Shown piece by piece: positions 1 to 10,851 of a DNA stretch of 64,000 nt. A program made the position numbers and the translations under genes. Each line of letters opens with the position of its first letter. The stretch's first letter is position 1. A model generated the notes under the pieces. That model did not search any database. It had not been told where the DNA came from and saw nothing but the letters and a program-made list of their open reading frames with translations. Source of the DNA: a virus; the IMG/VR virus record IMGVR_UViG_3300029891_000001, positions 47,439-111,438 of that record; one strand, given 5' to 3'.

Positions 1-785
1 CCTCTCCAAGCTTCACTCTTGGGGAGATTTATATACAAATTGTTTTCTATATTTTTAGTAACTTGGTTTATAGAAGTCGTAATTGGAGTACTGTACCATT
101 GTGGTTTATCTAAAATTATTCCAGTCCAAGTTCTAGCATTCATATTTGTAGCAATTTTAGCATATCCACCACTTTCTTGCCTATAAATCAATATATAAAT
201 TATTGCTCCATATTCAGATAATCTAGATGGAATATTCCATATCCCATCAAACGAAGTTTCTCCATTAGTCTGATATACTAAAGATGGAGTTTCAGATAAT
301 TGTATATTACCACTATCTATTATATTCCAATTTTTAGCCCATATTGCTAAACTACAATGTGAAGCTAACTCCAAATTAAAATCAAATCTAACACCTGGCT
401 GATTCGGATTTATATTAATAACATAACAAACATTAGAAAAACTAGGCCAACCACCATCTAATAATATCCCTGATTCATTACTATCTACAACGTAATGTTG
501 AATACCAGAAGTACCCATAAAATCCCAAAAATAATTGGGGCTATTAATATCCATACTTAAAACATAATATGGATATCCAACTGGGCCATTTTGTCTATGA
601 AAAGTATAATTGTATTTATCCCAAGATATTTTATTGCCAACATTGGGAGTCTGCCCTGTTATATCAGCCCCACCAGTTCTTTTGTGTTGCTCATAATTGA
701 CAAAGCCTCCCATTCTGTTTATTTCTGCTAATTTGGGAGTACTTCTAGTTTGTTTGGATATTTGTTGTCTTATTTTATTATACAT
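1..785 (-). CDS. Tail-associated structural protein, partial (runs off window edge)
   Basis: Not in the ORF track. ATG at 785 lies 13 nt after the stop of the 1413-aa gene. The frame reads MYNKIRQQISKQTRSTPKLAEINRMGG... and stays open to position 1. Confidence 0.65.
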   Translation of the reverse strand, partial: MYNKIRQQISKQTRSTPKLAEINRMGGFVNYEQHKRTGGADITGQTPNVGNKISWDKYNYTFHRQNGPVGYPYYVLSMDINSPNYFWDFMGTSGIQHYVVDSNESGILLDGGWPSFSNVCYVININPNQPGVRFDFNLELASHCSLAIWAKNWNIIDSGNIQLSETPSLVYQTNGETSFDGIWNIPSRLSEYGAIIYILIYRQESGGYAKIATNMNARTWTGIILDKPQWYSTPITTSINQVTKNIENNLYINLPKSEAWR

Positions 786-798
786 ATATTTCTCACTA

Positions 799-3700
799 TT
801 AAGACGGATATCCCCCACCAAAAATGAATAACATTCTTGGGAAAGAAGGATTACTTATTGTAAAAGTTTTAGTATTCCCATATTGTTTCTCCATTTCTAA
901 CCCCACTAAATGCCAATCCCAATTATTTCCTGGATAATAATCAATAGTTACATTTCCATATTTTGTTTTCCAAAGAGAGGGACGAGCTATATTACCAGAA
1001 CCAACTACCATTTCATCCCACCAATGAACATAACATTTTCTAAAATCCATTTCTACTTGCAAACTACCATCATCTGGTTTATTGGAATGTGTAAGCTCCC
1101 ATCTACCAACTAATCTAATAACATTAGGATCTCCCTTTTTTTCTTGACCCTCCATCCATTCATAAACACCATGATTTTCTGGACCAGTACCATAAACTTG
1201 ACCATTTGGGATAGATTGTCCAAAAGCTGTTTTTCTTTTAAGATATTTGTTAGTTTGTGCCATTGGTCTTCCACTTCTATCTACAAATTCACCACTAAAC
1301 AATATTATGGGGCAAACTAATAATCTCCCGTTATTATTCGCACCACTACCATATTCTTCAATCCAAGTTCTAAGGATATTTGATGGAACAAAATTAAGAA
1401 TATTACCACCTTTTCTAGTCGCTTTTAAATTAAAATAAAAACTCTTTGGATTTTTGAAATTCATATACGAATTTTCTAAATTAGCGAATAACCAATCATT
1501 ATTGTCATATATTTCTACATATTTAACTACGTTATTTTTATTTACAATCCCAGCATAAGTTAAAATATGATATTTAATATTGGGAGCTACATATCTGTAT
1601 AAATCGCCATCTTGTGTACTTCCAACAGTATTATCTTTTATCCAAAATTTAAGTCCTTGATAATTATTAGCACTATTATGAATATAAGAAGGGTTATAAT
1701 ACATAAGATTTCTACTAACACCATCTTGTATGACAATACCACGTGCTGTATCTGCTGGATAAGTAGTTGCTCCAGTTACAGTAGAAGTAAAAGTAGCCCA
1801 TCTTTTCATCCCAGCAGTATCTAACCAAAAATCAATTTCACTTACAGGCCCTCTTCTAGTATAAATATATTTTTCATGTGGATAGGCTAAACTATATGGT
1901 TGATCAGATCTATAAGTAAAATCTATTTTTGGACTAATAACATCAATTTCTACATAAAACTTACCAAATTCTAAACTTCTATTAGAATTAGTCTCATTTA
2001 ATTTCATATTCTCTACAACATAATTTCCACCCATAATATCAAAATTAGAAACATAATTATTATATGCTCCAATTTGATCAAAAGCTCCCCAAGTATATCT
2101 TTTACCAGCTCCCCAAGTCATTTTGTCAAATCCCCAATCAGGATATCCATCTTTGCTTATTCCAGTTAAAGTATCTACATGCATCGACCCTAACAACTTA
2201 ACACCGCTACTGTCATTTTCTGATTTAACAGAAAATATTCTTATTTGAATATCACCACTTACAAGACAATCAAATTCTATTACAGGAGAAACATTCATAG
2301 ATTCTTGAGTATATGGATCATAAGCTAAATTAACTAATTCATTAAAATACGCTTCTGTAGTATGTGAAGTATAAATACCTCTAATTAAATCAGCCACATA
2401 CCAACCAGCTGCAGAAGAATATTTTATTATTTCCCCATTTATCATTTTCAAATATCCCTTAGGTGGAATATGATAAGATAAATTATCTCTAAAAGTAATA
2501 TTATTAGTTTCTGTTTTAGATAAATCCAATGATAAACTAGTAATCGCTCCGTTATAATATAACTTAAAATTCTGAATTGGATGATTATCATATTCACTTA
2601 AATCAGGGCTTGGCTTCTTCCAAAAAGCATTTACTGGTTTTACTGGAGAAGTAGATATTTTACTTATAAAATTTTTACTGTCGAAAGTATTCGTAATATC
2701 AGTAATCCATACATAATTAGTTGTATTTACAACATTTTTAGCATCATCATTAACAGAAATACAATCGTCAATTTCTATTTTTGGATGTCCAGCAATAGAG
2801 AAATCTAAACTTTTATTTGGATTATTATATTCGCTTATAACATTGTAAGAAACAAAATCTGCATGTTCTTGAGAGTTTATAGATGGATCAAATATCAAAG
2901 TCATTCTTGGGTGACCAATATAATTAATAGAAGTTGGCTTATAAACACTATTCAAATCTCTAGAAGAAGATTGAATATATTGATATATAGGGTTATTGGG
3001 ATTAACAACATCTTTTTGATAAGCTTCTCCCCTTCCCATTTTAGTCCCAGTTCTAGACCCTAAAACTACACAATCGCTTCTTTGATCGTCTATTTGTAAA
3101 CCAACTTGCAAATCTAAAATGCTACCAGAAGTATGAACATCGCCAGTATAAAAAGACTCTGAAGGATGTGAATAATCTTCATCATAAACGATAACTCCGT
3201 CTAATGCAATCGGATAATTATAATTAACAGTTCTAATTCTCAATCTATAATCGTCATATCTTAATCCATATAAAGTTATAACACTTGGGTTTAAATTTAT
3301 AGAAGGATCTATTCCTTTATAATAAGACCAAGTAGTACTATTATATAAAGAATAATCACCATAATTAAATTCTACATCATTATGTCTTAAACTTATATTA
3401 ACAGTCTCAGTGCCATCTGAACTCCCATATACTGGCCCTACTCTAAATAAAATATCCATCTTTTTACCAGTTACATCAGCAGAAGCCAAACACAACCCTC
3501 CAGCAGGAGCTAAATTATAAGTACCAACAAAACAATGAATATTAGTTTTTTTATCCCAAGCTCCAGAAGCACAAGCAGTATCGAAATCCCTGTCATTTAC
3601 ATAGGAATATGGGACATCAATTCCATATAGAAATGGATGCGCATTTTCATCAAATCCCCACTTATAATACCAAGATTTCATTAAATTATCTATTGCATCT

Positions 3701-5040
3701 TTGTAATATTCCCCAGTATCTATTTTGTATAAATATTCATCATCTGCTTTAGCTTCATCTCCCAAAATAATATTTGGATTACCATAATAGTCTTTAGTAT
3801 CTAACCAATCATCTACAAAAGAATTTATATTTTCAATTTTATAATTTCCAATTATTTTATCATAATGATACCCGCTATGAATTTTCCTCTGATAAAAAGT
3901 GAATGGATCAATAAAAGAATTTGTCAATAATACTAAATAAGCTTTATATAATTCCCAACCATCAAAAGCTCTTGGTTTACTTACTCCATTAACTCTATAT
4001 TTTACTTCTGTTAAATATCCAGCTTGAATATAATCTAGCGGAGTTGGAGAAACTAAATTAATAGAGTCTTTAGTAAAAACACTATAATCTACACAAGTAA
4101 TCTGTAATATATCTTTTCCGTCTTTAGAATACTTTATATTAAAATCTCTAATTTGCCCAGTAAATCTTTTTATATATTGATATACACCAGAAGAATTTTT
4201 ATAACCTTCAGAATATTCTATCATACGATATTTTTTAATTTGCATATCATTAGAAATATTCTGAAATAGTTCGTTATTTTCATCATAAAAATATCCATTA
4301 TATGAATAAGGATCACTAGAACTAACTAATGGAACTTCAAAAGTAAATGTAGATTCATAATTAGAATTAATACTTAATTGTGTTTTTCCAATTCCCAGAA
4401 CAGTAGATAAAGAAATTGGTAAATTACCATTTCCAGGATTCCCTGTAGATAAAACTGCTGCTGAAAGAGGAATCTTTTCTGGGGTTACATTCATATCATC
4501 AGTTTGCCAAAAAGATATTATCCCTGAATTATATCCATTTAATTGTCTAGATTTATATTTTAATTCAAATGAATACCAATTACCACTAGTAAAAGCTATA
4601 CCAGAATAAGAAGAAGCATAATCAGTATCACTAAGACTAAGATATTTTTCGCTAGTTAAAAAAGATACACCATTAATCTTAAACTCTGAAACAATTCCCT
4701 CTCCCCCGAAATAGAAATCGTATTTAGAAGTATAAGGAGCTCTAAAAAATCCACTAAATTTAACTCCCCAATCTTCTACTGCATTTTCGCTAACAAAAGT
4801 ATCTGGTACACCTTCTCCATACCAGAACTTTATTATCGGGACAACTCCCTCATAAGCAGTATCAATCCAGTTTTCAGAATCTACATACCAAGTAGCATTA
4901 CATCCATTACTTAAAACATTTGTTACTGTATCTGCATATTTTACACAAACAGTCGGAGTAGGATATTTATAAAAATACGGTTGTCTTCCCTCTACTGTCG
5001 CAAAAAGGGCTTGGTCTGGTACGCTTAATCTTTCTATCAT
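799..5040 (-). CDS. Tail tip / baseplate hub-like protein with N-terminal PA14-like domain
   Basis: WGVKFSGFFRAPYTSKYDFYF...GNWYSFELKY resembles PA14. RFTGQIRDFNI...LQITCVD and GHPKIEIDDCISV...WITDITNTF resemble phage tail hub proteins. Lies downstream of tape measure and Dit-like genes. Confidence 0.65.
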   Translation of the reverse strand: MIERLSVPDQALFATVEGRQPYFYKYPTPTVCVKYADTVTNVLSNGCNATWYVDSENWIDTAYEGVVPIIKFWYGEGVPDTFVSENAVEDWGVKFSGFFRAPYTSKYDFYFGGEGIVSEFKINGVSFLTSEKYLSLSDTDYASSYSGIAFTSGNWYSFELKYKSRQLNGYNSGIISFWQTDDMNVTPEKIPLSAAVLSTGNPGNGNLPISLSTVLGIGKTQLSINSNYESTFTFEVPLVSSSDPYSYNGYFYDENNELFQNISNDMQIKKYRMIEYSEGYKNSSGVYQYIKRFTGQIRDFNIKYSKDGKDILQITCVDYSVFTKDSINLVSPTPLDYIQAGYLTEVKYRVNGVSKPRAFDGWELYKAYLVLLTNSFIDPFTFYQRKIHSGYHYDKIIGNYKIENINSFVDDWLDTKDYYGNPNIILGDEAKADDEYLYKIDTGEYYKDAIDNLMKSWYYKWGFDENAHPFLYGIDVPYSYVNDRDFDTACASGAWDKKTNIHCFVGTYNLAPAGGLCLASADVTGKKMDILFRVGPVYGSSDGTETVNISLRHNDVEFNYGDYSLYNSTTWSYYKGIDPSINLNPSVITLYGLRYDDYRLRIRTVNYNYPIALDGVIVYDEDYSHPSESFYTGDVHTSGSILDLQVGLQIDDQRSDCVVLGSRTGTKMGRGEAYQKDVVNPNNPIYQYIQSSSRDLNSVYKPTSINYIGHPRMTLIFDPSINSQEHADFVSYNVISEYNNPNKSLDFSIAGHPKIEIDDCISVNDDAKNVVNTTNYVWITDITNTFDSKNFISKISTSPVKPVNAFWKKPSPDLSEYDNHPIQNFKLYYNGAITSLSLDLSKTETNNITFRDNLSYHIPPKGYLKMINGEIIKYSSAAGWYVADLIRGIYTSHTTEAYFNELVNLAYDPYTQESMNVSPVIEFDCLVSGDIQIRIFSVKSENDSSGVKLLGSMHVDTLTGISKDGYPDWGFDKMTWGAGKRYTWGAFDQIGAYNNYVSNFDIMGGNYVVENMKLNETNSNRSLEFGKFYVEIDVISPKIDFTYRSDQPYSLAYPHEKYIYTRRGPVSEIDFWLDTAGMKRWATFTSTVTGATTYPADTARGIVIQDGVSRNLMYYNPSYIHNSANNYQGLKFWIKDNTVGSTQDGDLYRYVAPNIKYHILTYAGIVNKNNVVKYVEIYDNNDWLFANLENSYMNFKNPKSFYFNLKATRKGGNILNFVPSNILRTWIEEYGSGANNNGRLLVCPIILFSGEFVDRSGRPMAQTNKYLKRKTAFGQSIPNGQVYGTGPENHGVYEWMEGQEKKGDPNVIRLVGRWELTHSNKPDDGSLQVEMDFRKCYVHWWDEMVVGSGNIARPSLWKTKYGNVTIDYYPGNNWDWHLVGLEMEKQYGNTKTFTISNPSFPRMLFIFGGGYPS

Positions 5041-5562
5041 TTAAACCCTTTCTGGTTGCAACTTGACCGAAAAAGAATCATATCTTAATTGACCTCCACT
5101 TTTATAATTAGCTTCAAAAGAGATAATTCTTGCCAATTTATATGTTTCTCCAGATATCGAAGTAGAAGCTTCATAATCCCATCTATCGAATAGATTACCA
5201 ATATTATTAAATAAAATATACTGTTTTTCACCTTCATGATTTCTCAAATAAGAAACAACGCTAGAAACTAAAGTATTTTCTAAAGTAAAACTATCCCATT
5301 GTAAAATTCTTATTCTAGAATCGAATCCTGCGCTATACCAAATATTGGGGGAGTTAATACACTCAAAATTAGTTAAATTTCTAGAATCTTGAGGGTCACA
5401 ATATACCGGATTTACAGGAAATGTGATGCCATCGCTTCCATCTAAACATCTAAAATACATTCTCCCACTCGCAGTATCAGTTTCTGACTTTATAGTAAAT
5501 TTAGCATAGAATTTATCAGAATACTCCGGTGTAGCTTTTCCTCTAAATTTTCCGAATACCAT
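5041..5562 (-). CDS. Distal-tail (Dit)-like protein, paralog of 10412..10843
   Basis: Shares FPVNP..DPQD, FD..IRIL.WD, HEGEKQYI.FN, EASTS, RIISFEA.Y and VK.QPE with the 143-aa protein; position in tail module. Confidence 0.55.
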   Translation of the reverse strand: MVFGKFRGKATPEYSDKFYAKFTIKSETDTASGRMYFRCLDGSDGITFPVNPVYCDPQDSRNLTNFECINSPNIWYSAGFDSRIRILQWDSFTLENTLVSSVVSYLRNHEGEKQYILFNNIGNLFDRWDYEASTSISGETYKLARIISFEANYKSGGQLRYDSFSVKLQPERV

Positions 5563-5573
5563 AAAAATTCCTA

Positions 5574-6578
5574 TTAAAACTGTTGAAATAACTGTCTATT
5601 AAGAACGGTATCTTGATAAGCAGTGAAGGTAATCTTAGCTATTCTTCCAGTTGGAGGAGTCCCAGTGTATATTACTACACTATCTTTAGGCCATTCATTT
5701 TCTGGATAAAAAACTTGAGTTACATTATTAAAACCACCAGTATAATAAGCGATAGCTTTAATTAAAGGAGAAAAATTCTTCAAACTGTCTCTGGCTTCTC
5801 CAAGGGCTCTATCAAGAAAATATTGATAAACAGAATCAGAAAGTTTTGGATAAAAAGCGTCAGCAAATTTTTCAGCACTTAAAGTATTATCTTGAATTTT
5901 ATCAATTGTAATCGCTGCAGTACCGATTTCTGAGCTAGTAATACAACTTGCCGCCAGTTCCGAAGCACTTATAGCATTTGCCGCAATCTTGGCTGCAGTA
6001 ATGGCGTCCGTACCTATCTCCGCCGCATCTAACGTGCCATTAACATTCGATAAATCGATACCCGCCTCGCCCGTAGTAGTCACATCGAGCGTCCGACTTG
6101 CCACAGTCGGTCTCAAGGCTAGCATAGTTGATTGATCTACAATCAGAGAATCGTTGTCGGTTATCGGGTTCCATGCGTCAATATTCGCGACTTCGGCATA
6201 GATTGCCGAATCAATCAGGCCGACGGTATAATTAAAATAATGAGTCGTATATAATGTCGCTGCAAAGTCATAAGCGGAAACGATTATCATGTATTGACCA
6301 TCACCGCCAGCACCGTCAATGTCCTGAAACTGGTCATGGAAAATAAGAAAAGTTCCCGATGCTGAACATTCAGCATCCCCTGAATTGTACCATGCCGAGA
6401 ATAATGACGTACCTTCTTTATAAGTAACAACCTGCATTGAATCAGGCAATGCGAGAGTTCCATCGAGATTCACAGTTTGTACTATGAAAGTCACATCGGT
6501 TGTCGGATATATATTATCAGCCTGAACAGCCAGACTACATAATATTAGAATAGCAAATAAAATGAATAATTTTCGCAT
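5574..6578 (-). CDS. Signal-peptide protein with fibre-like 10-aa repeats
   Basis: Start MRKLFILFAILILCSLAVQA (Sec signal) at 6578 with GGAG RBS; repeats AITAAKIAAN/AISASELAAS/CITSSEIGTA/AITIDKIQDN. Confidence 0.6.
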   Translation of the reverse strand: MRKLFILFAILILCSLAVQADNIYPTTDVTFIVQTVNLDGTLALPDSMQVVTYKEGTSLFSAWYNSGDAECSASGTFLIFHDQFQDIDGAGGDGQYMIIVSAYDFAATLYTTHYFNYTVGLIDSAIYAEVANIDAWNPITDNDSLIVDQSTMLALRPTVASRTLDVTTTGEAGIDLSNVNGTLDAAEIGTDAITAAKIAANAISASELAASCITSSEIGTAAITIDKIQDNTLSAEKFADAFYPKLSDSVYQYFLDRALGEARDSLKNFSPLIKAIAYYTGGFNNVTQVFYPENEWPKDSVVIYTGTPPTGRIAKITFTAYQDTVLNRQLFQQF

Positions 6579-6579
6579 A

Positions 6580-9500
6580 TTAATCTCCAATATAAAAACT
6601 TCTTATTTTTCGAGCGCACTTTGCCGAACTGCTAGTCGGAATCCACAAAGATATTTCGTCTATCTTAACATTTCCCTTGTAATCATCCGAATGGGGTTCA
6701 CCAATGTATAAATATTCGAGTGTGTCACTTTCACCATACATTCCAAATATATTTCCAACCCAAACCGGATCGGGTGAAACTAATGGCGTTCCCGCATCGT
6801 TATAGAATATCAATGTCATAGTATCATTACGTTTTTGCATTTCGGCATAATACCATAAAGTCGTATCGTAAGTATAAGCCACATTCCAATTCCAATCAGT
6901 CGAATCCCAGACCACCCCGTCCCAAGTTCTCAGATAATTCCCGGCCTCTGGAGTCGGAACAGTATCGGGATCCATATATACCATAAAGACGGGATGAACC
7001 ACATCCGGCCCGCCACCATAAGCTCTGTGGTTGTCAACATCAATGACCATCTTCCTGTGGTAATGCCACCAGTATTCAGCACACTCAGCCCCGGAACAGG
7101 TGTCATCTGTAATGGTCAGAAAATAGACACCATTCTCAAAATAGCCACCATGAGTATCAAAATCGGAATCGAGAGTATCTCCGGCGTCATAATTTTCAAG
7201 ATCAAAATTAATACATCCCACCCGCATCCTGATCTTGTATTCATCCGGCAAGGTATCGGTTGACCTAATGAGCGCAACCGCGCTGAATGGTGTCGAGGTT
7301 AGAAACAAATTCCCATCTGCGGCTGAAACCTCACCATTACCGAATAGTCTATAAGTCAACCAACCGTCCGTTCCGAAAGTGTCATTAGTTGTTGTGAAAT
7401 AGGTTGTATCGAAGATTTCAGAATAGAGAAGCGTCCAACCATCATCATCGAATTGAGCCGAGGCCGGTTCTTCACAAGCGGATTCCTGCGCTACGGGCCA
7501 ATAGATTTGTGTCAGCCAACTAGCAACGGAGTCCTTGAACTCTAAATACCACATTGCGTTGGGGTGAAGAGCATCATTATCATATTTACTTAACCTATAT
7601 CCAAACGAATCATTTTGCGGGTCTGGATTTACCGTCGCATTAAAGAAATCCCATACATAAAAATTAGGATAATTATCGGGATCGGGCAAAGTGTCTGTCA
7701 TCCAAGCAATAAAATCCAACATCCGATCAAATTCATCGGCATCCATGCATGTCTGATAGAAACTGCCATACATTACCGGAACCATTGTAAAATAAACGAA
7801 CTTCTTTTCTGGATAATTAGCGGCAGAATCTCTCATTGTCAAGTACATCGCTTTATAATCGGCTAAAAGTTGATCGGTCAATCCTCCTATGCAATTAGGC
7901 GAACTTCCACGATCAGTAAGAACGAATGGATTTCCAGCAAACATAACCATATCGAAACTGGTTATATCAACAATGCTGTCGGGGTCTGCATTGGCATCGA
8001 ACACCGTATCTAATAATAATGTCCCGCCCTTTATGCTGTCTTTAGACATAGAACCCTGCCAATAAGACAATAAACTTTCCGGCGGCATCGCATGTGCAGA
8101 CCAATGGTAATAATCATTATATGGCTGGGGTAACATCCACCCTGCATTGGTTCCGTTAAGACTGTCGAATCTGGCGGTTCGCCATCCGGCATAAGCCGCC
8201 GAGGGAATAGTATTGCATCTATAATCCCACATCCATATTGTCGTATCATGGGCTTTGCCGACACTATCAAGAACCGACTTTAGGCCCCTACTATAAGGAT
8301 ATGGTGCAAGCAGAAGTGCCCCACCAATACTCATGTGCATATACATAATGGAAATATCCGTATCCGGCGGGCCGCCGGTATTTTGTAAAACCAGAGTATC
8401 GAACCGAAGATTATTGATAAAAGACATCGTATCGATCGTAGTATCTCCATAGAGAGAAGCAATTAGACTACATGGGAAAAATGCCGCACTGTCCGTCTCC
8501 GTCCGCGATTCATAATAGGCAGTCATTAATCCTGTTGCCCATCCATCACCATCTGTTGTCGTATTTATAATAACTTGACCATAGGCGTTTTTAACATAAA
8601 CGGAAGCACCGGGCTGAGAATTCATGTCCGCCTTCAATACCAGCACATTCAAGTTTTTCTTCACCTTAATATCAGTCTGTCCATAAAGTGAGCTTCGCCA
8701 TCTGAATCTGTCCCATGCTGTATCCGGGTCAAAATAACAATCAGTAAAGACATGACCACCAAAAGAACCACTTAAATCACCGGGCCAGGATACATACGAG
8801 ACTCTGTTATGGTAGCCATTCAGCGTATCAAAGGAGATTATAGTATCCTCATAAATATCATAATTTCTTCCACCGGGGTCATAATCTCCAAAGCCATAGG
8901 CCGCGAAATTATGCCTTATTACATTATATCTTATATGATATTGGTCTATATTTTCGTCATTGAGTAATACAAATCCGACACAATGGGTGCTGTCCCAGGT
9001 AGTAGTGGTATGCTTGATGGTGTCAATTACGATGGCCGTTATTGTGTTATGCTCAAATATTACATTTGAATCAGGGCGGTCAAAGTGTGGAAGGATAAAG
9101 AAGCCTCCACCATTACGCCCATAAGCCTTATAATTTATCGTATCATTCACAACAAGAACGGTAATATCGTTATCGTGAACATAGACATGCTTATTGGGGA
9201 ACAAATCTCCAAACTCATCGCCCCGTCTGTTCTTCATACCTTTTGCGGAGACATTAAAACCGTAATAAACGTCCCATCCGCGGTGAGAAACGATTGTATT
9301 ATTACAAATTTCTACCGGATAATCGGGGTGACCCTGATTTCCCTCAAACTCGATACCCCCATCCATTCCATAAAAATCTTCTCCGGCATGTAAATAATTA
9401 TTATATATTTTTGACCCTGCGCCCCAATGGTTGGCTTGCGGGTCGCCCCCTACCATCAGTCGTGACAATAATGCAAATGAATTGGCCTGACTCTTACAAA

Positions 9501-10296
9501 AATTATCAGTTGGGAATGTATACATAAAATTACGGCAGTCAACCTCTACATCATTATCAAAAACAAAAACCTTACCATAAAATACAATTCCCTGGCCAGG
9601 AGCGTTTACGACAGTTGTACTGCAAACCTTGAAGGCATAAGAACCAGTATCCGACATTGATAAGTATGTCGTATCCACGGAAGACAAGTGAATGACTGCG
9701 GCATCATAAGTGCATCGGTTCGTATATCCCCAAACATTACTCGTATATGTTCCCCCGTTGATTACAATATGATTATTGTTGGTAGCATAGAATGATTTGG
9801 GTGTCGTATTCGTAAAAGTTACATCCGCCAGAGTGCTCCAGCAAGGTGCTCGTATTGCCTTACCGTTAGAACCATATATGTAGGCAGACATATTTTCAAT
9901 ATAAACGCCCTCGCATCCATTAATGGCTATGCAACGGTTTGCGTTTGACAACGAATCCCCGACATGCCTTACAAGACCATTCTTTACAATGATATTCGAC
10001 ATGACATTATTTTTGGGATATTTTTCACCAATCAATATTCCAAAATTACTATTCCCATTACCAGCACCGAAATCAAGCGTGTCCCCATCAAAGTCGATAA
10101 GAACATTCGAGGCATTTTTTGCGACAGCTATACCATTCGTATTAGAAACAATGCGCGAAGAACTAAAGGTCACCGTATCTCCAGACACAAGATAATAGGG
10201 CAAATCGGCAGACCCGATCACTCTTTGAGTCGCCCCCGCCTGTCCCGCGAATATCAGTATCAGTAACACGCATAGTATATATTTAAATCTTAACAT
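6580..10296 (-). CDS. Large secreted multidomain protein: parallel beta-helix + SGNH-like domain + beta-sandwich
   Basis: Start MLRFKYILCVLLILIFAGQAGA (signal) with GAAGGAAG RBS. Beta-helix repeats (IYNNYL, ICNNTI, VHDNDI, FEHNTI). The motif series HMSIG...YPEKKFVYFTMVP...NFYVWDFF...LHPN is SGNH-like. Visibly higher GC than the flanks. Confidence 0.6.
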   Translation of the reverse strand: MLRFKYILCVLLILIFAGQAGATQRVIGSADLPYYLVSGDTVTFSSSRIVSNTNGIAVAKNASNVLIDFDGDTLDFGAGNGNSNFGILIGEKYPKNNVMSNIIVKNGLVRHVGDSLSNANRCIAINGCEGVYIENMSAYIYGSNGKAIRAPCWSTLADVTFTNTTPKSFYATNNNHIVINGGTYTSNVWGYTNRCTYDAAVIHLSSVDTTYLSMSDTGSYAFKVCSTTVVNAPGQGIVFYGKVFVFDNDVEVDCRNFMYTFPTDNFCKSQANSFALLSRLMVGGDPQANHWGAGSKIYNNYLHAGEDFYGMDGGIEFEGNQGHPDYPVEICNNTIVSHRGWDVYYGFNVSAKGMKNRRGDEFGDLFPNKHVYVHDNDITVLVVNDTINYKAYGRNGGGFFILPHFDRPDSNVIFEHNTITAIVIDTIKHTTTTWDSTHCVGFVLLNDENIDQYHIRYNVIRHNFAAYGFGDYDPGGRNYDIYEDTIISFDTLNGYHNRVSYVSWPGDLSGSFGGHVFTDCYFDPDTAWDRFRWRSSLYGQTDIKVKKNLNVLVLKADMNSQPGASVYVKNAYGQVIINTTTDGDGWATGLMTAYYESRTETDSAAFFPCSLIASLYGDTTIDTMSFINNLRFDTLVLQNTGGPPDTDISIMYMHMSIGGALLLAPYPYSRGLKSVLDSVGKAHDTTIWMWDYRCNTIPSAAYAGWRTARFDSLNGTNAGWMLPQPYNDYYHWSAHAMPPESLLSYWQGSMSKDSIKGGTLLLDTVFDANADPDSIVDITSFDMVMFAGNPFVLTDRGSSPNCIGGLTDQLLADYKAMYLTMRDSAANYPEKKFVYFTMVPVMYGSFYQTCMDADEFDRMLDFIAWMTDTLPDPDNYPNFYVWDFFNATVNPDPQNDSFGYRLSKYDNDALHPNAMWYLEFKDSVASWLTQIYWPVAQESACEEPASAQFDDDGWTLLYSEIFDTTYFTTTNDTFGTDGWLTYRLFGNGEVSAADGNLFLTSTPFSAVALIRSTDTLPDEYKIRMRVGCINFDLENYDAGDTLDSDFDTHGGYFENGVYFLTITDDTCSGAECAEYWWHYHRKMVIDVDNHRAYGGGPDVVHPVFMVYMDPDTVPTPEAGNYLRTWDGVVWDSTDWNWNVAYTYDTTLWYYAEMQKRNDTMTLIFYNDAGTPLVSPDPVWVGNIFGMYGESDTLEYLYIGEPHSDDYKGNVKIDEISLWIPTSSSAKCARKIRSFYIGD

Positions 10297-10411
10297 TATC
10301 ACTTCCTTCGTCAAAAGTCACTATCTCAGCATTACAAGTTTATACATTAACATTACGAACTAAGATAAAAAGAATTAAAATAATTAAATATATGAATAAT
10401 TTTAATTTCAT

Positions 10412-10843
10412 TTATGGTTCCTCTGGCTGTATTTTAACAGCAAAATAATCATATTTTAAAGAACTTCCTCTAGCATATTTGGCTTCAAAAGATATAATTC
10501 TACCAACACTATATGTAACCCCTCCAGCAGAAGTAGAAGCTTCTGACGGCCATCTACTATTTATATCTTCTAAAGTATTAAATTTAATATACTGTTTTTC
10601 TCCCTCATGTTCTCTAAAATATCCCTCCATTTGTTTCATATAATTATCTGTTATATCAAACTTATCCCATACTAAAATTCTGATAGCATCATCAAAAATC
10701 TTTTTCTGCCATATAGAAGAACCATGTAAAACTCCTAATTCATTTATTTTAGCATAATCTTGTGGGTCATAAGTAAGTGGGTTAATTGGACAAGATAAAG
10801 AACTAGCTCCATCTGGACTTCTAAAATATACTCTAATAGACAT
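10412..10843 (-). CDS. Distal-tail (Dit)-like protein
   Basis: Immediately downstream of the tape measure gene; PINP motif; paralog of 5041..5562. Confidence 0.55.
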   Translation of the reverse strand: MSIRVYFRSPDGASSLSCPINPLTYDPQDYAKINELGVLHGSSIWQKKIFDDAIRILVWDKFDITDNYMKQMEGYFREHEGEKQYIKFNTLEDINSRWPSEASTSAGGVTYSVGRIISFEAKYARGSSLKYDYFAVKIQPEEP

Positions 10844-10851
10844 ATAAATTC

